Assembly: GCA_048938385.1 (NCBI GenBank)
Contig: JBHLMG010000010.1
Span: forward strand, 28,774 to 92,773
DNA length: 64,000 bases
Reading direction: 5' to 3'
Source: Promethearchaeota archaeon
GTDB taxonomy: Archaea; Asgardarchaeota; Hermodarchaeia; Hermodarchaeales; Hermodarchaeaceae
Part shown: piece by piece, positions 58,586 to 64,000 of the stretch
Layout: each line of letters starts with the position of its first letter
Numbering within the stretch: the first letter of the stretch is position 1
Position numbers and translations under genes: made by a program
The notes under the pieces: model-generated
Databases searched by the model: none
What the model was told of the DNA's origin: nothing
Seen by the model: the letters and a program-made list of their open reading frames with translations, nothing else

Positions 58586-59704
58586 CTAAATGCCTTTCTC
58601 TCCGCTCGGGAGAAGCGGCGAGTCAAGGAGTTTTTGGATTTTCTTCTGTGAAACGCCCTTTAATACACCTTTTTCGGTGATAAAACCGGTGATATAGCGG
58701 GCGGGGGTAACATCAAAGACGGGGTTAAGAGTTGGAGTGTCATTGGGAGTGACTTGAACCGAACTTATCTCTCCAGAGGGTAATCGTCCAGTTATTGTGG
58801 TTACTTCTGTTCCTGGACGTTCTTCGATTTTAATCTGAGCTCCATCTGAGCATTTAACATCAAAAGCAAAGAGAGGAGCTGCAACAAAAAAGGGAACTTG
58901 GTGCTCATAGGCGAGAACAGCTTTTTCATAGGTGCCAATTTTGTTAGCGACATCACCATTAGCTGCGATGCAATCAGCTCCAACAATAACGACATTAACT
59001 AAGTTCTTTTGAAAGAGATAGCCAGCCGCACTATCAACTACTAAATGGTAGGGAATATTTTCTTGTTGGAGTTCCCAAGTAGTTAAGCGGCTTCCTTGAA
59101 ACCATGGACGCGTTTCTGATATATAGACCATAGCCAGTTTCCCAGCATTATGTGTGGCACTAATCACACCTATGGCAGAGCCGGAATCTTGTATCGCAAG
59201 GGGACCAGTATTACAGTGAGTTAATATGCGACTTTCGGGTTGGAGAAGTTGAGCTCCGATTTTACTCAGGCTAGCAGATGCTCGAATATCGTTGGCAAGG
59301 ATTTCTCTTGCAGCTTGATCTACACGAGCTTGCTTGTCCGGAATAGTTGTTCCTTCTGATGCAGCATTCAAACAATAGGAGACCGCCGCAGCAAGAGTGA
59401 TGGCAGTAGGTCGTGCTTGTCTAATAACAGACGCAGCTTCTGCAAGCTCTCGCTGAAATTGTTCAAGTGTGGTGGTTGTGACTTGATGGCCTGCTTGTGC
59501 CATGGCAAATGCACCTGCAACTCCAACAGAACCTGCTCCACGAGTGACAAGATCCTTGATGGCGTTTACTGTATCCAACCAGGAAGTGAATTGACGAACC
59601 TCTACACGGAACGGAAGCCATCGTTGATCCAGCATTGTAACTACATGATCCGCCATATCCACGGCAAGCATTTCGTGAATTTCGCCCTTAATCTGAACTC
59701 GCAT
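58586..59704 (-). CDS. mtnA: Methylthioribose-1-phosphate isomerase (MtnA / eIF-2B family)
   Basis: LDQRWLP, RGA, ARPTA, THCNTG, ETRPWFQG.RLT, GAD, NKIGT, NPVFDVTP. Confidence 0.82.
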   Translation of the reverse strand: MRVQIKGEIHEMLAVDMADHVVTMLDQRWLPFRVEVRQFTSWLDTVNAIKDLVTRGAGSVGVAGAFAMAQAGHQVTTTTLEQFQRELAEAASVIRQARPTAITLAAAVSYCLNAASEGTTIPDKQARVDQAAREILANDIRASASLSKIGAQLLQPESRILTHCNTGPLAIQDSGSAIGVISATHNAGKLAMVYISETRPWFQGSRLTTWELQQENIPYHLVVDSAAGYLFQKNLVNVVIVGADCIAANGDVANKIGTYEKAVLAYEHQVPFFVAAPLFAFDVKCSDGAQIKIEERPGTEVTTITGRLPSGEISSVQVTPNDTPTLNPVFDVTPARYITGFITEKGVLKGVSQKKIQKLLDSPLLPSGEKGI

Positions 59705-59832
59705 TAGATCTTCCTCCAATTGCATACCTAGAATCAAGTTTAGACCTTAAGAGTTATTTGACTCGCATCCGACCTAGAGAAAATTATAGGACTCTGGCAA
59801 GAATGCAAGAGTGAGGTAGAAAATCTCTGGAA

Positions 59833-61248
59833 TTATTCTTCAGGTCGACGGATGATTTCACCGTATTCTACTAGACCTGCCATAGCTCGTGCTCCCCGCA
59901 TTGGAAGGTGGTAGGCAGGGACTCCAGCCAGCCGGAGATCGAACATACGTTTTCGTATCTCCTTTGTTGATGGAACAGATACGACAAGGATTGGTTTCCG
60001 GCGCTGCTCAGAGGCTTCAACTATCGCTTGGCTTACTTGTTCAGCATCCAGAAGTGGCGTCATAAACAACGGTATTACGATGAGTCCATCCACCTCATCG
60101 CTATCGAGGAGCGTGTTCATAGAAAAGGCGAATTGCTCTGCTGTTGCCGAACCAGTGAGGTCAACGGGATTTCGGACAGAATAAAAGAAGGGAAGTTTCG
60201 TGTGTAATCGTTTTTGCAGCGATTCAGAGAGTTCTGGTGTATCAAGACCATAATCTGATAGTGCGTCCAAGGTCATTACTCCAAATCCTCCGCCACTCGT
60301 AATGACTCCAACTCGGTTCCCCTTGGCAGGTGGTTGGTTAGCCAATGCACGAGCCACATCGAAAAACTCGCCAATGTCTTTGACGCGAATAATCCCTGCA
60401 GCTTCGAAAGCCGCATCATAAATCCGATCCGTACCTGCTAAAGATCCAGTATGACTTGATACAGCTCGCGTTCCGGCTTCGCTGCGTCCAGCTTTGATAA
60501 CGATGAAGGGTTTTACTTTGCATGCACGGCGACAAATATCGATGAATTTACGTCCTCGACTAATAGATTCGAGATACAATCCTGTAACCTGCGTGTCTTC
60601 ATCATCTTCCAAATAGTCAATGAGGTCACCTTCATCGACATCAAGGGCGTTGCCAAAACTGGCAAATTTACTGAACCCAATTTTTTCGTTGTAAGCAAAG
60701 CTCATTATTGATCCACCTACCGAGCCTGACTGGGAGAGAAAAGAGATACGACCTATACCAGGACGAGGGGTCGTGCGTTCAGGTAGAAACAGGGTATCAA
60801 TGTGACTTTTCGGACTGAAGGTTCCAAGGCAGTTGGGTCCAAGGATGCGGATGTTCCCCTTCTGAGCGATTTTCAACACTTGCTCTTCGAGCTTTGCACC
60901 TTCAGGTCCAGCCTCTCGAAATCCCCCTGACACGATAATGACATTTGGCACCTCTTTGTCAACACATTCCTGAATGATGGGAGGTACATACTTTGAGGGA
61001 ATTACTATAACTGCCAGGTCAATGGGCCCACTGCAATCTTTGAGGGAGGCATAAGTCTTGATACCACAAATGTGATGTCCATCCTGTGCCGCTTCAGGAT
61101 TGATGAGGTACAACCGTCCAGGATACTTAGATGCTACCATTTGCTCAACAATTATGTGTCCAATCCGACCAGGACGTCGAGAAGCTCCAATTATGGCAAC
61201 ACCTCGTGGATTAAAGAACCGGTCAATTTGTTGTTCAATCGATTCCAT
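59833..61248 (-). CDS. Acetate--CoA ligase (ADP-forming) alpha subunit family
   Basis: VAIIGAS, GPNCLG, SQSG, SHTGSLAG (phospho-His), NPVDLTG. Confidence 0.9.
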   Translation of the reverse strand: MESIEQQIDRFFNPRGVAIIGASRRPGRIGHIIVEQMVASKYPGRLYLINPEAAQDGHHICGIKTYASLKDCSGPIDLAVIVIPSKYVPPIIQECVDKEVPNVIIVSGGFREAGPEGAKLEEQVLKIAQKGNIRILGPNCLGTFSPKSHIDTLFLPERTTPRPGIGRISFLSQSGSVGGSIMSFAYNEKIGFSKFASFGNALDVDEGDLIDYLEDDEDTQVTGLYLESISRGRKFIDICRRACKVKPFIVIKAGRSEAGTRAVSSHTGSLAGTDRIYDAAFEAAGIIRVKDIGEFFDVARALANQPPAKGNRVGVITSGGGFGVMTLDALSDYGLDTPELSESLQKRLHTKLPFFYSVRNPVDLTGSATAEQFAFSMNTLLDSDEVDGLIVIPLFMTPLLDAEQVSQAIVEASEQRRKPILVVSVPSTKEIRKRMFDLRLAGVPAYHLPMRGARAMAGLVEYGEIIRRPEE

Positions 61249-61384
61249 GGTTTTCCCACACTTTCACCGGATTTTTAAGACCGTTAAGGTTTACAACAAC
61301 AGATTGTGCAAGTACATAAATGAATGTCTTGCCGATAGCGTCCAAAAGAAAGTTCTAGGAATCTCTAGCAAATCCCTGTGAGGA

Positions 61385-62608
61385 ATGTCTGTGTCCCAAC
61401 CTAAACCTCCAGATCATGTACTTGTCCGTTATGGTGAAATTGGATTAAAGAGTCCCGGCGTTCGTCGACACCTTGAGACACTCCTTCATAATCACCTTTC
61501 TACAATGCTCAAAAGGCATAATACTCCCTTTACAGACATTTCTCGGGACCGTGGACGGTTCTTCATACAGACACCTAATGTCCAAAAGACAGCAGAAATA
61601 AGTGTAAAGGTATTTGGTGTGGTCTCGGTAAGCCCCACGTGGCGAATTCCTTCACAACTAGAAACAATTACCAGTTTCATATCAAAGCTAGCTCCGATTA
61701 TCCTTCAGAAAAACCAAACCTTCGCCATTCGAGCTCGTCGCTTGAAAACTCATGCGTTTACCAGCCAAGATATAGCAAAGCAAGTTGGTGCTGAAGTAAT
61801 CCAAGCCATGACCGCTAGAGGCGAAGCTGTGTCAGTCAATTTGGATTCCCCTGATGTTGAGATCCATATTGAAGCCAGGCAACACCAAACTTATATTTTC
61901 ACTCAGACATTGCCAGGACCCGGTGGCTTCCCCTATGGATCCCAAGGCTCAGTGGTTGGTCTACATTCTGGGGGTCTTGACAGCCCCGTTGCCCAGTGGT
62001 TATTAATGAAACGGGGAGCACGAGTCTTTCCGTTGTACTTTGATTCAGATGCCCCTAATGTTGCTCGATTGCGTCCACGCGCCATCGAGAGTGCAAAGGT
62101 CCTCGCAGGGTGGGTACCTGATGCCAAGTTTGAACTCTTAATTATTCCCTATCGCGATGTGCTTACTCAACTTCAAAGCTCTAAAAATCCGAAATTAACT
62201 TGTATCCTTTGTAAGCGGATGATGTATCGGATAGGAGCTATGGTAGCAGCGCAAAAGAAGGCAAAAGGACTCGTGACCGGAGAAAGCTTGGGTCAAGTAG
62301 CTTCCCAAACCCTGACCAATCTCAGTATACTCGATTCAGCTATTGCGCTACCAGTATTTCGACCCTTAATTGGCTTAGATAAAACGGAAACCATGGCGCT
62401 TGCTCGAAGGATAGGAACATATTCAGCATCCAGTCAGGATGTAGGAGATTGCTTTGCGGTTCCAAAGCAACCCACCATTGGAGCCTTGCTCGATGATGTG
62501 CATTCAGCCGAATCACAGTTACCTATCCCTGAAATTACACAAAATGCTCTTGAAAGGTTAGAACGCGTATCGATTGGAGAACAGAAGAATTTAACTGTAA
62601 GAAGATAA
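61385..62608 (+). CDS. thiI: tRNA 4-thiouridine(8) synthase ThiI
   Basis: RYGEIGLKS, THUMP domain, SGGLDSPVA, CILCKR, TGESLGQVASQT, RPLIG. Confidence 0.93.
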   Translation: MSVSQPKPPDHVLVRYGEIGLKSPGVRRHLETLLHNHLSTMLKRHNTPFTDISRDRGRFFIQTPNVQKTAEISVKVFGVVSVSPTWRIPSQLETITSFISKLAPIILQKNQTFAIRARRLKTHAFTSQDIAKQVGAEVIQAMTARGEAVSVNLDSPDVEIHIEARQHQTYIFTQTLPGPGGFPYGSQGSVVGLHSGGLDSPVAQWLLMKRGARVFPLYFDSDAPNVARLRPRAIESAKVLAGWVPDAKFELLIIPYRDVLTQLQSSKNPKLTCILCKRMMYRIGAMVAAQKKAKGLVTGESLGQVASQTLTNLSILDSAIALPVFRPLIGLDKTETMALARRIGTYSASSQDVGDCFAVPKQPTIGALLDDVHSAESQLPIPEITQNALERLERVSIGEQKNLTVRR

Positions 62609-62685
62609 GAAATAATTCTTCTAGAGACACAGCTAAGAAATCATACTGTCTGTAGTCTTAAACGAACAACTTCACGGTTAGGATC

Positions 62686-63375
62686 ATGTCGAAAAACGGT
62701 ATGGGTCGGGTCTTAGACCGCTACGAAATAGATCAACGAATTGTTGAAGTTATTGCAACCCAACCCGACGCGACAATAACAGTCATTGCTGATGAAACAG
62801 GGCTTAGTTATACAGCGGTTCGTAATGCCCTGAACCGCCTGGTCACATTAGGGATTATAGTCGAGACTAGCGAAGCTGAAGGTCCTAGCCGTCGTGGACG
62901 TCCTGCAAGCTTTTTCCGCGTTGAAAGAGCCTTACAAATTCTTGTTCCACCTCGCCAGTTCCAACACCTAGCATTAACTCTGATTGAACAACTCATCCAA
63001 GAAGAAGGAGTAGATCATGTTGTGGGTCTCCTTGACCGAGCCGCGGAACTTCAAGTGTCCCGGTTAATCACCAGCTGGAAAAACACCGATGGATTACCAA
63101 AAACGCTTGAGCAGATGGTAAAGCGGATTTGCGAATACATCAATCAGCAAGGCTGCTACGCGCGTCATGAAGCGTTCTCTAAAGGTTTCTACATCCACGT
63201 TCATAATTGTATATACCACAGTATCGCCACGGCCTACCCAGGAACAGTCTGCCGTTACCATGAGAGTCTTATTTCGCACTTGATTAAGTTCCACAACAAA
63301 TCTCTATTCATCGAGCATGAAGAGTCGATCGCGCACGGTGCCCACGAATGCCGGTATGTTGTGGCTCGACGCTAG
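62686..63375 (+). CDS. Winged-helix transcriptional regulator with C-terminal Cys-containing (V4R-like) effector domain
   Basis: LSYTAVRNAL..L, RGRP, HNCIY..VCRYH..G...C.Y. Confidence 0.8.
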   Translation: MSKNGMGRVLDRYEIDQRIVEVIATQPDATITVIADETGLSYTAVRNALNRLVTLGIIVETSEAEGPSRRGRPASFFRVERALQILVPPRQFQHLALTLIEQLIQEEGVDHVVGLLDRAAELQVSRLITSWKNTDGLPKTLEQMVKRICEYINQQGCYARHEAFSKGFYIHVHNCIYHSIATAYPGTVCRYHESLISHLIKFHNKSLFIEHEESIAHGAHECRYVVARR

Positions 63376-63480
63376 TCGATGCACCGAAAGGTGTTTTTTG
63401 TCGTTAAGTTACGCTTTTAAGCAAAAACCACAACAGAATGAGCAGAACCTTTCTAACCCCTTTAGATTAGGTGAATACTA

Positions 63481-63801
63481 TTGGTAGACACTCCAAAAGA
63501 AGGCTTAGAAGCCATGGTCGGAACCTTCGACTCTGCAGCCGCAGCCGGTTGGAACTGCGTCATTGAAATGGACATCCAAGGCGACCAGAAATACAACATC
63601 ACCATCAAAGACCAAAAAATCGACTGGGGCGAAGGCCCCCCCGACAAAGCAGACCTCATCATCACGATCAGCCAAGATGACTGGTTAGCCATAACCAACG
63701 GCCAACTGAACGCCGTAGCAGCATTCATGTCAGGCAAACTCAAATCCCAAGGCGACATGAGCCACCTCATGAAACTGCAAAGCGTCTTCAAACTCGGCTA
63801 A
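63481..63801 (+). CDS. SCP2 sterol/lipid-carrier domain protein
   Basis: ADLIITI..DDW..I..GQLN...AFMSGKLK..GD...LMKL; TTG start after AGGTGA. Confidence 0.88.
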   Translation: MVDTPKEGLEAMVGTFDSAAAAGWNCVIEMDIQGDQKYNITIKDQKIDWGEGPPDKADLIITISQDDWLAITNGQLNAVAAFMSGKLKSQGDMSHLMKLQSVFKLG

Positions 63802-63871
63802 CCAAGAAGGCAATTCCGACACCCCCTACTAAAAACCGAGCACTCACCTCACAGCGCTTGGAACGAAATAA

Positions 63872-63904
63872 GGGTGGGCTAGTCCACCCCCCACTCATCT
63901 TTTT
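63872..63904 (+). terminator. Hairpin plus pyrimidine tract after the SCP2 gene
   Basis: GGGTGG-GCTAGT-CCACCC then TCTTTTT. Confidence 0.45.
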
Positions 63905-63910
63905 CTCCAG

Positions 63911-63992
63911 CCCACACCCCTCCTAACCGAATAAAACAAAATAGACCCACACCCCCCGAACCACACCCCCCCGAACCACACCCCAAACCGAA
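63911..63992. repeat. Four degenerate copies of CCACACCCC..CCGAA
   Basis: Copies start near 63912, 63947, 63961 and 63976. Confidence 0.6.
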
Positions 63993-64000
63993 CACTCACA

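Noticed and set aside
63787-63801. PTS1-like C-terminus on SCP2 (FKLG)
   Set aside because: Ends in Gly rather than a terminal SKL/AKL tripeptide; probably coincidental
63911-63992. CRISPR array or telomere-like repeat
   Set aside because: Units are short, degenerate and lack unique spacers; no cas genes; end-of-replicon status cannot be judged from this window

Overview
Gene-dense chromosomal DNA of an archaeon, most likely Asgard. Support for this: a Rab-like GTPase, a longin/DENN-like protein, the archaeal HMGS-thiolase-DUF35 trio, a PPP phosphatase, GGTGA/GGAGG ribosome-binding sites and TATA/BRE-like promoters. I found no rRNA, tRNA, CRISPR array or transposase. Left to right: flavodiiron protein; upper mevalonate operon; penicillin acylase; orphan OppB; MSMEG_0568-like radical SAM with a GNAT; Ser/Thr dehydratase; carbamate kinase; PPP phosphatase facing a degenerate two-component pair; M28 peptidase; a minus-strand cluster (longin/DENN-like protein, two small proteins, ExeA-like AAA+ ATPase, Rab-like GTPase); TET peptidase; GH35/42 and GH38 glycosidases; membrane caspase-like peptidase; ARPP-1-like protein; PLD; a purine/nucleoside salvage region (two divergent BMP-type ABC systems around an HTH-PRT regulator, guaA, guaB, two PRTs, HAD, MtnA-like); ACD alpha; ThiI; an HTH regulator; SCP2. 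Five things stand out beyond routine annotation. (1) A 56-aa stand-alone C4HC3 (PHD/RING-variant) zinc-finger gene at 38536-38706, missed by the ORF track. (2) The folliculin/DENN-like protein near the Rab-like GTPase. (3) A ~100-nt structured ncRNA candidate at 57938-58037. (4) An ABC ATPase that appears to need an ATT start. (5) A sharp strand-skew inversion inside the GH38 gene, echoed at the right edge of the window. All family calls come from motif recognition by eye; no database searches were run.
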